In this document: piece by piece, positions 23,141 to 35,669 of the stretch
Layout of the letters: each line of letters begins with the position of its first letter
Numbering within the stretch: the first letter of the stretch is position 1
Assembly: GCF_048593235.1 (NCBI RefSeq)
Contig: NC_133617.1
Location: 365,866,067 to 365,930,066 of the forward strand
Direction: 5' to 3'
Length of the DNA stretch: 64,000 bases
Origin: Sminthopsis crassicaudata
Taxonomy: Eukaryota
Made by a program: the position numbers and the translations under genes
The notes under the pieces: generated by a model
The model's input: only the letters and a program-made list of their open reading frames with translations
What the model was told of the DNA's origin: nothing
Databases searched by the model: none

Positions 23141-24429
23141 CATCTATTTCACAAAGTTCAGTAGCTCAAACACTCTTAATGTCTTTTAAGTTTCCAGAAT
23201 GATTAACTATAATTTAACCAAAACATTCCTGCCAAGGTTTTTGCTCCAATGGGTAGTTTTAGTTTCTTTCTGGAAAATCTTCAAAAAACCCTAATCTTGA
23301 AAGTGGTCTCCCATTAGAACTTCTTCCTCCTGCCCTGACTTGCTTGTTGTTTTTTTTTTTTTTCTTTCTTTTTTTTCTTCTCCAGTCCTGTCCCTTCTAG
23401 TCAAGGCGTTCCCTGATCTTAGCATAGGCTTACTCACCTGTAAAATGAGGGAATTATAGTAGGAAAAGAAAAACCAACATTCAAACCCTTGCCAGAACCA
23501 TTTTATTCTATGATCATTTCTTAATTGATTAATATCTTAATTTAATTCTTAAATCTTTGAATCTTTGATTATGTCTTATGGCTATTTAGGGGATACACAT
23601 TCTTTAAATTTTCTACCAATAACCTAAAATCAAGTTTTGATATTGTGATTGTTTTATAAGTTTGGATATATGTATGTATGTGTGTGTGTGTTTAATGAGA
23701 GCTTTAAAAGCTGTTCCCTGGTTCTAGTATTCCTGAACCTGGTGAATAAGTTTGCATTCACTTATTCTATTATATCGATTGTTTTCCTCCCCCTTGAATG
23801 TTCAGCTGACCTCTGTCCTTTCTGTCCAAGGAAGCTTCTGAAGTCCCAAAGTGGTTCAGTCAGGGGTAGACTTGGGATGAAGCCAAGCTGACAAAATTCC
23901 AAGGAAGTATCCCAAGAGGGATGTTGATTTTCCTAGAATACTCCATTCCCAGGGTGTGCCTCAGAATATGAAGAATCCTCTATGGTACTATAAGAAATTG
24001 TCTTATGAGGTTAAAGGATCCCCATTAGAAGTGAATTACAGTAAATATTTTTCTGAGCAAAAAAATGTAATTATTAATGTTAATAGCTTATAGAGTGCAT
24101 TACCATTTACATGGGGAATGGGGTATAGGATCTAAAATAAAACCTTATGTTGGAATAACGAGTAGTTAAAAACTCCTATTCTGTCTCCTTTTTTCATTTC
24201 TTTTCTGTCCTTTAATGGTCCCCTCCTGTTCCATGAGTGGAAGACTCTGGTTGTGTTTTTAGATTTCAGATCTTAGAACTTCTTTTGCATTATACAGAAT
24301 GGTTGCTTAATGAGTTATGATACCAGCACTTCAGCGAAATATGAATAATATTGTAATCTACAAATAATTGAGGAAAAATTGAAGAGGGGAAAGAAGTACA
24401 TTTTAGGAAGGTGTTGGGGAAGAAGGAGG

Positions 24430-24626
24430 AAGGTATCCATGGTAGATAGGAAAGAACCATAAACTAGGAGTCAGAAAACCCAGACTCTAGTCCTTGCTTT
24501 GCTATTAAACAACTATGTGACCTTGGGCAGAACCTTATTTTACCTGGGCTTCCTCATCTATAAAATTAATAATTTATACTAAATAGCTTTTAAAGTCCAT
24601 TTTAGCCCTAACATTCTATGATTCTA
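24430..24626 (+). mobile_element. MIR3-type CORE-SINE about 270 bp upstream of the exon
   Basis: ctaggagtcagaaaacc...ctatgtgaccttgggc...cctcatctataaaat...cctaacattctatgattct. Confidence 0.75.
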
Positions 24627-24851
24627 ATTTTAAACTAAAACTAGTTAGACTATGATTCTCTTTTATTTGAAAGCAGGACTTTGAGATTAGATCCCATTTA
24701 AGGTTCATTTGAGAACAATGTTAATATAGTTTTATCACTGCAGTTTAAGGAACCCTTATAAAATGGCTCAGAGTTAAAAGAAGTTGTTAAAGTAGTCATT
24801 TGCCTCTAACTTTCAGATAATTAAGAGCCTCAACATTAACTTTGTTAACGG

Positions 24852-24892
24852 TACTAAAGTACTCATCCCCCTCCTCCTTCTCTTTCTCTCAG
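24852..24892 (+). promoter_or_regulatory. 3' splice site of the SETBP1 exon: branch-point candidates, polypyrimidine tract and AG
   Basis: TACTAAA at 24852-58 and CTCAT at 24862-66, a pure pyrimidine tract 24866-24890, and AG at 24891-92. Confidence 0.92.
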
Positions 24893-27800
24893 GTTTATGA
24901 GAGGCCACAGAAACACTCAGCCCTCCACTATGATCCCAGCCTCCAACAGGACTTCACTGGAGATACCTTAAAACCAAAGCACCAGCAAAAAAGCAGCACC
25001 CAGAGCCACATAGATTGGTCTGCCAGCTCAGATAATGGGCCCGCCACTCAGAATTCTTTTATTGGGACGGAGTCTAATCGAGAAACTCCAGGCACTACTA
25101 AGATTCCAACCCTTGAGCCTGTGGCTTCCTTTGCCAAGTCCCAGGTGAAGAAAAGTAGTGTGAGCAGCACATGGAGTCAATTGTCTAGCAGTAGCAAAGA
25201 TCTGCTTTTGGGTAATGTCGTCCCAGCCCCAAGCAACATCAGTTCACCAGCCCAGACCACCAGCTCAGCTGAGTGCAATGGACTTCCGCCCTTAGTAGAT
25301 CAAGATGGAGGAGGATCAATGGAGCCTCCAGATCCTCCTAGTGGAAACAGCAAGAAGAAATCAAGCAAGAAAGACTTAGTAAATCAAACCATACCAAACT
25401 CAGATCTGGACTGGGTCAAAAATGCCCAAAAAGCATTTGAGACCAAAACTCATGATAACTTGGAAGGAAAAAAGGAAGGCTACTCTACAGATAACATCCA
25501 AGAGGTATCACCAGCCAGGCAAAATGTGAGTTCCATTAGTAATCCTGAAAATGATATGAGTCATGTGCGGATTACTATTCCCATCAAGACTCCAACCCTG
25601 GACCCACCTAGCCATAAAAGGAAGAAAAGGCAGTCTATGAAAACAATAGTGGAAAAAATCATTCCAGAGAAAGCCTTGGCTTCTGGAATTCCTATAAGCA
25701 GTGAAGTAGCTAGCAGGATTCTCTCTCACCCTGAAGGAAGTAAGAAGGATCCTCGTACTACCAAGCTTGCTAAAATTATGGAGAATGAGCCCTCCTCAGT
25801 TGTGCTAGAAGGAATTGGAAGTGCTGAAAAGGTTCTCTCAAGTAATGCAGCCAGACTGCGAAAAACTCCCCTGGTTATGAGTCCTCCATCATGCACAGAT
25901 CCACCCCTCACAAGCAAGCTGCCAGAAATTCAGCATCCTAAATTTGCTGCAAAACGGAGATGGACCTGCAGCAAACCAAAACCTACCAGTATGCTGCGAG
26001 AGTCAGCCATGACCACTTCTGAAAAACTCATGGTAGAGCCACCTTCCGCATATCCTATCACCCCATCTAGTCCTCTGTACACAAACACAGACAGTCTCAC
26101 TGTGATTACACCAGTTAAAAAGAAAAGAGGACGACCAAAGAAACAGCCTCTACTCACTGTTGAGACTATTCATGAGGGAACTTCCACCAGCCCAGTCAGC
26201 CCAATCAGCCGGGAATTTCCTGGCACTAAGAAGAGGAAGAGAAGACGCAATTTGGCCAAACTGGCCCAGTTAGTGCCAGGAGAAGAGAAATCTATGAGCG
26301 AGATGAAATTCCACAAAAAAGTTGGAAAGCTTGGTGTACTGGACAAGAAGACCATCAAGACCATCAACAAGATGAAGACTCTTAAGAGGAAAAACATCTT
26401 GAATCAGATCTTGTCCTGCTCCAGCAACATAGCCTTGAAGGCAAAAGTACCACCCCAGACCACTCCTGCAGGAGCATCCATTGACAGCAGACTGGGTAAG
26501 CAGATCAATGTCAGCAAGAGAGGGACCATCTACATTGGCAAAAAGAGGGGCAGAAAACCTAGGGCAGAGCTGCAGCCCCCATCTGAAGAACCTAAGACAG
26601 CCATCAAACACCCAAGGCCTGTTTCCAGCCAGCCGGATATTCCAGCCGTGCCTTCCAACTTTCAGTCACTTGTGGCATCTTCACCAGCAGCTATGCACCC
26701 ACTTTCCACGCAGTTAGTCGGGTCTAATGGCAACCTGAGCCCCGCCAGCACTGAAATCAATTTTTCAGAGTTGAAAACTATGCCAAATCTTCAGCCCATC
26801 GGTGCTCTTCCTACCAAAACCCAGAAAGGATTACACAGCGGAACCTGGAAGCTGTCACCTCCCAGGTTGATGGCCAACTCCCCTTCACACCTATGTGAGA
26901 TTGGGTCCCTGAAAGAAATTACACTGTCCCCTGTGAGTGAGTCACATAGTGAGGAGACCATCCCTAGTGACAGTGGCATCGGGACGGACAACAACAGCAC
27001 ATCCGATCAAGCTGAGAAGAGTTCAGAATCCCGCCGGCGGTACTCTTTTGACTTCTGCTCTTTGGACAATCCGGAGGCCATTCCATCTGACACCAGCACA
27101 AAGAATCGACATGGCCACCGGCAGAAGCATCTCATCGTGGACAATTTCCTTGCCCACGAAAGCATCAAGAAGCCAAAGCACAAGAGGAAAAGGAAAAGCC
27201 TGCAGAACCGTGACAACCTCCAGTTCCTTGCGGACCTAGAAGAGCTTATCAACAAGTTCCAGATGTTCAGGATCTCCCACCGGAGTTACACATTTTATCA
27301 TGAGAACCCATATCCCAGTATTTTTAGAATCAACTTTGATCACTATTACCCGGTGCCATATATACAGTATGACCCCTTGCTCTATCTTCGAAGGACCTCA
27401 GACATGAAGTCCAAGAAGAAGCGTGGTAGGCCTGCCAAAACCAATGACACCATGACAAAGGTGCCTTTTTTACAGGGGTTCAGCTACCCTATCCCCAGTG
27501 GAAGTTACTATGCACCCTATGGAATGCCTTACACATCAATGCCTATGATGAACCTTGGTTATTACGGTCAGTATCCAGCTCCTTTGTACCTATCCCACAC
27601 TCTTGGCACAGCTTCGCCATTTATGAGGCCATCAGTGCCGCCTCCCCAGTTCCATGCCAGCTCCCATGTGAAGATGTCCAGCACCGCCAGGCACAAAACA
27701 AAGCATGGGGTGCACCTGCAGTCACCTGTGGGCATGGGTCTTGGAGACTTACAGCCCTCTCTCAATCCCCCAAAGGTGGGAAGTGCTGGGTTGTCCAGTG

Positions 27801-28370
27801 GTCGCCTCCACAAAAGGAAACATAAACACAAACACAAGCACAAGGAGGACCGAATCCTGGGGACCCATGATGACCTGAGCGGTCTCTTTGCAGGCAAATC
27901 CACAGGCTTCTCTAGCCATGTGTTGAGTGAGCGGCTGAGCAGCGCTGACAAAGACCTCCCCTTGGTGAGCGAGAAGAGTAGGCATAAGGAGAAACAGAAG
28001 CACCAACACAGTGAGGTCAGCCACAAAGCTTCCAAGAGTAACTTTGAGGTTGATACCCTGTCGACCCTATCTCTCTCTGATGCCCAACAGTGGACACAGG
28101 TGAAGGAAAAAGGAGACACTAGTGGAGAGCCTGCTGACTCCTGTTCTAAGAAGTTCTCTGGCGGCGGCAGTGGAGAGAGCAGCAGCACGAGGCCAGAGAC
28201 GTTGGATGTGTTTGGCAACATGAACACGTTGAATGACAAATGGGACAGTGAAGTGAGTGGGAGTAAAAGAAGGAGCTTTGAAGGTTTTGGAACATACAGG
28301 GAAAAGGACATCCAAGCCTTCAGGATGAACCGAAAGGAAAGAAGCACCTATGACTCCTCAGTGTCTCCAG
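24893..28370 (+). CDS. SETBP1: SET-binding protein 1, large internal coding exon (human exon 4 equivalent); partial CDS, 1159 codons + 1 nt
   Basis: The 1211-aa ORF translates to VYERPQKH...[10 protein letters not shown]...[19 protein letters not shown]...DHYYPVP...[13 protein letters not shown]...YDSSVSPG, which I recognise as SETBP1. It is bounded by ctctttctctcAG|G (24891-92) and CAG|GTAAGT (28371). The ORF-track ends (24842, 28477) run into the introns. After a 5-aa insertion, the numbering reproduces human D868 and D991 as I recall them. Confidence 0.97.
26117..26146 (+). other. SETBP1: AT-hook 1 ([10 protein letters not shown])
   Basis: RGRP core flanked by basic residues in the exon translation. 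Confidence 0.9.
26969..26986 (+). other. SETBP1: beta-TrCP degron DSGIGT in the SKI-homology region (human D868-T873)
   Basis: gac agt ggc atc ggg acg is a DSGxxS/T-type motif, and the codon count maps it to human 868-873. Confidence 0.92.
27338..27349 (+). other. SETBP1: HCF1-binding motif DHYY
   Basis: gat cac tat tac matches (D/E)HxY and maps to human 991-994. Confidence 0.75.
27413..27439 (+). other. SETBP1: AT-hook 2 (KKKRGRPAK)
   Basis: RGRP core in the exon translation. Confidence 0.9.
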
Positions 28371-28376
28371 GTAAGT
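28368..28376 (+). promoter_or_regulatory. 5' splice site of the SETBP1 exon
   Basis: CAG|GTAAGT is a perfect consensus donor, and similarity to SETBP1 ends here (...SVSPG). Confidence 0.95.
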
Positions 28377-28680
28377 CCATGGCTCGGAATGTCCTAAAAT
28401 GCAAGAGATATTGCCCACCACAGACATGTTGTTTAAAGTCTAAGTCAATTCCTTACTTCCTAGGCTTTGAACATTAGAATTTCATCATCCTTTTTTAACG
28501 CTCACTATTTGAAGTGTTGGCAAATGAAAGCCAGTTTCCTCTTAAGTTGGTTTAGTGACCATATAGCATTTCTGCCCATATTCATTAAGCATCCATATAC
28601 TCCCATGTATAGTCTATTTGTTTTCTTAGGAAATTATTTGAGGTCCATGAGCTTTCAGGAGCTGTTAGGTTCTTAATTGC

Positions 28681-28705
28681 AAAAAAAAAAAAAAAAAAAA
28701 AAAAA
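28681..28705 (+). repeat. Pure A25 tract
   Basis: Counted directly. Confidence 0.95.
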
Positions 28706-29225
28706 TGCCATCTTTGCTTTCTTGTCAGAGATGAAAGAAAGATGCAGGACATATATAGCCAGGAGGTGTGTATCGTCATTGGTGAGGGGAGAAAGGAGAA
28801 GCCTCCCCCCAAAAACCTGTAGGTTTCTCTATTAGATTCTTAAAATGTCAGGACTCTTATTATCCTAGTAAAGAACACAGAGTTAACCTAAAATATCTTC
28901 TTCCATGACTGAGACTTCACTCAGGGATTCTCAGCAGGTTAATTTTGATCAACCAGCAATTCATAGATCTCAACCTAGTGAGATCAAGGCTTTCACTTCT
29001 GAATACAGGGGTATTCTTTTACCTCCCAAGTATTTAAAATGGTGGTAAGGCTCAAGGAAGATGGGGAAACTAGACACTAACAGCATCCGAGTCTCTCTGT
29101 GGGGCCTGTCTGCATTCAAAATTCTGCCTTACAAGAGCCATAGCAAGGCAATGAGGCTCACAATTCCTCTGTCTCTCTGATATTTTTAGGCTATAAGGAG
29201 AGAGCATGGCTGGGGGAGAGGGAGA

Positions 29226-29230
29226 TGTGT

Positions 29231-29271
<41 letters not shown>

Positions 29272-29274
29272 TGT
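29226..29274. repeat. (TG)n microsatellite
   Basis: Read directly from the sequence. Confidence 0.95.
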
Positions 29275-30919
29275 AGATGCTCTTTCAACACAGCACTGTG
29301 AAAAGGGTGCTGACTAAGATTCAAATCCAATCTCCATCTCATACTCCCTAAGTAACCTTATTTAACTTCTGTTGGTATTGGTTTCTTCAAATGTAAAATT
29401 GGGGGCTGGGACTTGCTGGCCTTCATGTTTATTTCCAGCACTAAATCTAGGGTCATGTGAACCTTCTTTTATCCTGAGGCATTTCCATTGGAGAGGGAAG
29501 TATTGTTCAAAACTACTAAAGTTGATGTGCCATACCAACAGTTTTCATCCTAACCCTTTCCTATTACTTGTGGCTTCCTAGCAGTGAGAAAGATTGTTCT
29601 GTCATTATCCACCTCCCCCACATTCCATCACCAAACTTTCACCACCACCCTGTCTCAACTCTCCCACTTTCCTGCCAGTATCCTCCACAAATCACTAGAT
29701 GGGTTATAACCCTTCCAAAGCAGAACCCAGTAAGTAGTTCCTTTACATATAAAAAATATAGGATCCCTGTCTTAAGTGTCAAGGGAGTTATAAAACCACA
29801 GTAATATACAACTCCTTACCCCAGAAATTAGAATTAAAGGATCCTCTTCCCACACCTAAGATGCAGAAAGATAGAAGGAGGATACAAATTCTTGAGGCGG
29901 CAAGAGCTTTCTTATCCATTTCTTCTCATATTCCTCCTTAGCAATGAATAATTATAGAAGGTAGAAACTGTCCGTTGATGAATAAATTAGATATTTTCCA
30001 GGTTAGCAGATTTCAGAGAGAAATACAGTCATAAGAGTCATCATTAAGGAAGGTTCATAGTTCCCCTTCAAACCTCTGCCCTAATCTGGGATTTGTTATG
30101 GTCATGGTCTCTTGGGTTAATGAAGACCAATCAGCAGTCCTGTCCTTTTGGATATGTTGTAGGAGATAAATGATCCAAATTTCATTTCCCCCCACTTCTA
30201 CCCAAAGTCAATTGGCAAGTCTGTTTTTAACTTTCATTGGCTTTTCTTATGTATCTTCAGTGTCATGCAGTCTGTATGGTGAAGCCTACCTTGAAAAAGG
30301 AGTTAAATTAACTCTAAGCCCAAGTCATGTTCCTGATTTTTCTTTCAGCCTGACAGAGCTGAACCTTGGGACCTCACCTAGCCAGGAACAGAGTTGGTTC
30401 ACATTTCTGCATTTTCTGAGCTTTAGTTAGATGAAAAACATTGTCACGGTTTTACTCAGAAGAATCAACAAACAAAAAGCATTATTTACTGGTCAGAAAA
30501 TGAGAGTAGGGCAGCCAAGGGGATCCTGTCACCATGATCACACATTAAAGAAACAATCTGATTGATATTTTCCTAAACCAGATTGTGTTATTCTGAGGTT
30601 GTTTGAGTTTCAATAAATTGTCCAGTTACACTCAGCGCCTGTTATTTTTAGGGGCTCACAGTTGGCTTCTAGACTTGCCATAATGCTTTCCTTATATTTT
30701 CATTTATATGGCTCTGGTGACATTTTTCTCCAAAGTACCTTCACATCTGTTCTTTTCTTTGATCTTCACACTTGCCCAGTAAGACAGAAAAGGCTGCAGT
30801 GTGGATAATGGAAGGATTGGGAATCATGAGGACTGGGTTCTAGTTTCTACTCTTAAATTATTACTTTAATTAAATTCTTATTTAATAAATCATTAACTAT
30901 TAAATTATCAGCAAACATC

Positions 30920-31110
30920 ATGGCTTAATGGTTAGAGTTCTGGAGTTTTAAACTCTGGGTTTCAGTCTCTCCAGAAATATTTACTAGCTGATCAAACCTG
31001 GGCAAATAGCTTAAATTCTGAGTCATGCTTTCCTTCTCTATAATATCACCAGTCTCACAGGATTTTTGTGTGGCTCAAATGAGATAACATATCTAAAGTA
31101 CTTCTCAAAC
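30920..31110 (+). mobile_element. MIR/CORE-SINE
   Basis: tggttagagttctggagt...ctgggcaaatagcttaaattctgagtc...ggctcaaatgagataacatatctaaagtact. Confidence 0.7.
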
Positions 31111-33808
31111 CTTAAGATTATTATTGTTAGCTGTCTGACCTCAGGAAAAACTCTTTTTCTGGGCCTCAAATTCTTTCTCTGTAAAATGAGAGGTTGGAGC
31201 TAAGTGACTCCCTAGTTCCCATACTATCTCTCAAGTTCAATGATTTTTTTTTAATCTTTATTTTATCTTCTAAGAAAACTGAGACTTAAACAATTGATAT
31301 AACTTGACCAGTGTCAAAAAATTAATCAGTAACAAAGTCAGCACCAGAAAGAATCAAACTCCCAAGTCATTGTTCTTCCCACTGTCTATTTCTTTCAAAA
31401 ACATATTCACCCATCAAATTACTAGTCTTCCCCTAAGGTAGTTGAACAGTGATTATACAACTGATCAAGAGAAGTAGAGTAATTAAGAAGACATTCTGTT
31501 ACTTAATTCAATACCAATGTAGAATCATTCCTTACAGCCCAATCTTATCTAAATGTCAACCCTTTAATGTCTCCACTGATATCTTCTGTTCTTTTTCTTA
31601 CTGAGATTCAGTTTGCAAAATATTTGTGAAATATTTAACTGTGTATAACATTATCTTAGTAAGTACATTGACCATGTTTTAATATATATTGTTGACAGCC
31701 ATTTAAGATCTGAGCTATTTTCTCTTTCCTTGGTGATCTCATTGCAACTTGATTCATTGATGTCTTCATTCTATTTCTTCCCTTCATCCTTGATTGCTCC
31801 TAAACATTCTGTTGCATCTAGAGCACCAAAGAATGTCCTTTAATAAATCCTGGAACCAGATGTCAGCTACCAAAGTCACTATTCTAGTGACCCAGTAATA
31901 CTTGAGGAGGATTCACCTAAAATATATGTTCCAGTGAATGCTTTCTTTTGGTAGAGATGTTAAGCAATTAAGATTTGCCTTGACCAAAGTATGATGTGAG
32001 TGAAGATTTCAAATATAAACTGCTTCACCTTTTCTATCTTCTCCTATTTCAGGGAAAGATAAATATATAGTTTCACATTAAAAGCATTGTAAAATTCTAC
32101 CCTATGGAGGCCTAACTTTTTAAATGAACCAAGAGATGTGTCTGGTTACACCTCTGAGACACTTCTTTGGGATTGGGCTAGTGAAAGACACTATATAAAT
32201 GTGAGTCATTATCATTATGGAGAAAGGAATTAGAGACCCCATTTAGCAATAGCAGCAGTTGCACACTTCATTTACCCTTCAGCAGTCAGAAAATCATTTA
32301 TTTCCCATCCCTCTGCCCCACCAGATGGCAAAATTTTGTTTCTAGCCATCTCTTATCATATCTACAGTTTATACCTGTTTCCATATATCAATACTTCCTT
32401 CTTCTTGCTTGCTTCTTCCTCTTCTTCCTCTCTCATGTTTTAAAGGTGATAGTGGCTATTAGGATTTTTGGTGTAGAGTAAGCCAACTACTATGTAGCCA
32501 TTTATAAAATCAGACTGGGACTAATGAATGAATAGAAGAGAACTCAACCACAGAATCTTAAAACTGGACTTTAGAGGTCAACTACTCCAACTTTTATTTA
32601 AGCCATTAAAGGAATCCCTCTAAAGCATCTCAGAGATACTATCTTTCATTTAGCTCATAGCAGTGAACTTTTCATTACCAGATCAGAATGTGATCATGGG
32701 TATTTTAGAGAAATCCCTCATGAGGATACAAAAGAAGTTTTAATCACAATCTTTGTTTTTTTCAAATACTCATAGTCCTCATATATCTTAACTAATAATT
32801 ATGCAAATCTTCCCATGAATATCCGACATGTGTTCCTCTTCATGCTAGTAGAAAGAGAACAAGCTTCTCTCAGATAAGGGAGAAGCTGTGAGTAAGGTAA
32901 ATTTACTTACTTGTTAGTCACATGTGGATATTAAGTTAGGTGATCAGTATAATAATGTCTAAGTATTGACTCAGATATTTGTGACTTGCAAAATACTACT
33001 GAACTAACCTCAGAGATATTAGGAACTGGTGAGTTGGGCCTTGCCTTTAAAAGGCCTATTGGCAGATCTCATATGTTTGGAGGACTGGCGGAGGAGAGGA
33101 AACATTTGAACAACTGTCCCAAGGAAAGATTTATCTAGGATGACAAAAGTCTTGAAATGCATGAAAACAATATGCTTCTGACAATATATCGACTAAAAGT
33201 AGATGAGAAAGAAAAATAGGATTATCCCCCAAAGTGGAGATTAACAAAACAAAAGAACAAAAAAGAAGAGGAGCACTGATTAAGTTTAGCATGCTTCATT
33301 TTTTTTTTCATCTTGAAATTAGGAATCCTAAAGGAGTAACTGTGAGAGCTACTTCTGCAGGCAGTCTCTTTAAGTGGAATAGATCTGAAGTCTAATTGGA
33401 ATTTGAGTTCTAATCTATGCTCTAAAATTTAAGAGCTATGATTTATAACTAGTCAAATCATTTACTTTCTCTTCATTACTTCATCTTTAAAAAAAAAAAA
33501 AGTAAATGATATAATCACATGGGTTTGGTGTAAAGAAAAAATTCCTGCCAATTTGAGGAATGCATAAGTACAATGGGTAGCCTCAGGAAGGGATGGTATT
33601 CTTGTTTCTGAAGGTTTTTATTCAGAGCTGGATGACTTCTTGGCTATATCTTATCTGCAATGATTATTTAGGTTCAGGTGGTCTCCATGCTATTTTGTGA
33701 CCATTGCAAGCCATATCACTTCCTTTTCTCTACTTATATAATAAGGTTTGATCTTCATGATCTTATGATTCTTCTTGCCAGGTCTGATATTTTGTGATTC
33801 TTTAGATA

Positions 33809-33811
33809 CCA

Positions 33812-33857
<46 letters not shown>
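33809..33857. repeat. (CA)n microsatellite
   Basis: Read directly. Another (CA)n lies at about 37738-37774. Confidence 0.95.
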
Positions 33858-33862
<5 letters not shown>

Positions 33863-34719
33863 AAAGAGTAAAAGGAAAATTGGAAAGATGAATGGAGTGA
33901 GAGATATTAAACTGTATAGTACTTTTTTCTACTATAAGCTACTGTTAAAAGTAAGTATCTCTCTGCCAAACATTTGGTTTCCATGCTACCTCTAGAAACT
34001 ATTGTATGAGACTAAAGACTATTTTGGGGTATCTACTGAAGAAGGCTTTTTCCTCCCTTCCCTGTCTTAACTATTGTACATACTTAGTTGATCTTAATAA
34101 GATTCTATATAAAGTCCTTTTGGAAATCTAGTATTTGTCAAATTAAATGTTGTAAATCATAACTTGGGGAATGTGAAAAAAAATCGTATTGTCTTGGCCA
34201 TGTTGAAGACAGTGATCAAGAAATTTCACCTTCAGAGCATGGAGTCCCCAGGCCATTTATCTTCCCTAGTTTGGCACAGATTCTCAAGTTCTGTTGGAAG
34301 TTTTATTTAGACCACTACAGGAGTGGGGAAGTATGCACATTCTGGATTGGTGGAGCAGAAACTGTGGTTTTGACAGACTTGGCTTGGCTATGCCACTGAG
34401 CCTTTCTTGGCTAAGGAAACAGAAGTACTCACGGCTTCCCAAGAGTGGCCAGTCATGGGGCAGAGATAAGCAAAAGGATGGCTGTGTGGAAGAAATTTTG
34501 GGCACACTACCTCTTCTTCCCAGAAGTGGACTATTGGGAGACACTGTGGAAAAGACTTGGAGAGAAGAATTTTTCTCAGGATGAAGCTACCTGGGGTGAT
34601 TTCACCCTGCTGGATATCTTTGGCAAACACTATGCTTTTCCCCAAATAGCATTTAACTTCCAGTTGGCTGAAAGTAGTGTGTAGGAAGGGATAAAGAAAC
34701 CAGAAAATCTCAGACTCTC

Positions 34720-34915
34720 CTAACTAGAAAAGACTTCAGAGGTGATTTAAATCCAACTCAAATCAAACAGGAACACCTTCTAAAACATCCCCAACAGCCA
34801 GGCATCAAACCTCCATTTGAATACTGCCACTCCACCCCAATGATAGGGAATTCACTGTCTTAGTATATACCTTTTCACTTTTGGATTGCTATCATTGTTA
34901 GGAAGTTTAAGTTCT
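34720..34915 (-). mobile_element. L3/CR1 3' end
   Basis: agacttcagaggtgatttaaatccaac...cacttttggattgctatcattgttaggaagtt. Confidence 0.65.
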
Positions 34916-35669
34916 AGCTATATGCAAAAAAATTGTGCTAATTATTAAAGTTACAACCAGAAAAGCAAGACAGCCCTTGTTCTCAAGGACCTCACTCTCT
35001 AATAAGGAAGACTTCCTAATAAGGAGAATTCATTGATAGGTCAAATAGAAAGCAAGTCCTGACAGAATATTGGAGTAAGAAAGAGTGTCATTGGTTTGTG
35101 AGATGTTTGTGGTTAACCAAATATATCTCTTTCTTCTGATTTCATCAGTTTTTATCTAGCATGAACCCCCTTTGGAGATGCTTGAATTGTACTGCTTGTA
35201 TTGGTATTTATGCTCTTTAGAATCTCTAAGTTAACTTGGTTTATGCCTCTTTACAATTGGCCTTCCAGTTTCACAGCCCCTTTAGAAGTGGTACTTTGTA
35301 TACAATGCAGCTCAGTAATTCTCACAATCTCCAGAAAGTAAACAAGACAAAGGGTAGGAAGTTGGTAATGATAAAAACAGTGTGGCTCTGTGATAGATGG
35401 AGAGTCAGAGGGAGGTAAAAAATTTCCTTAATGAGAAGTGAGAACCCTTACTTGGTACAGAATTTTGACTTTTCAAAATGCTTTTTTAAAGGTAACATGT
35501 CTCATTTCATGTCTATAATTACCCTTAATGCAGGTAGACCAGTAGTATTCTTTGCAGATGAGAAACAAGTCAAATGACTTATCCATGAATTCAAAACTAG
35601 GTAGTGATAGAATTCTATACTTGTAGACTTGTATACTTGATAGATTCTATACTTGTAAATCAGCATTCT

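Larger units (their letters stand above)
1..24892 (+). other. SETBP1: SETBP1 upstream intron (human intron 3 equivalent), partial
   Basis: Lies 5' of a phase-0 acceptor. I found no sequence for the preceding exon (LLTASDL...KGFQPQ in human, from memory). Confidence 0.85.

Noticed and set aside
24842-24892. N-terminal 17 codons of the 1211-aa ORF (TTG start)
   Set aside because: They translate the branch point and polypyrimidine tract. Homology begins at the AG|G acceptor.
26540-26563. KKRGRKPR as an extra AT-hook
   Set aside because: It lacks the RGRP core, and as I recall it is also present in human SETBP1, so it is not novel.
27568-28347. 259-aa minus-strand ORF and other ORFs overlapping the exon (25508-28315)
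   Set aside because: Antisense or off-frame shadows of a long, stop-poor coding exon, with no recognisable product.
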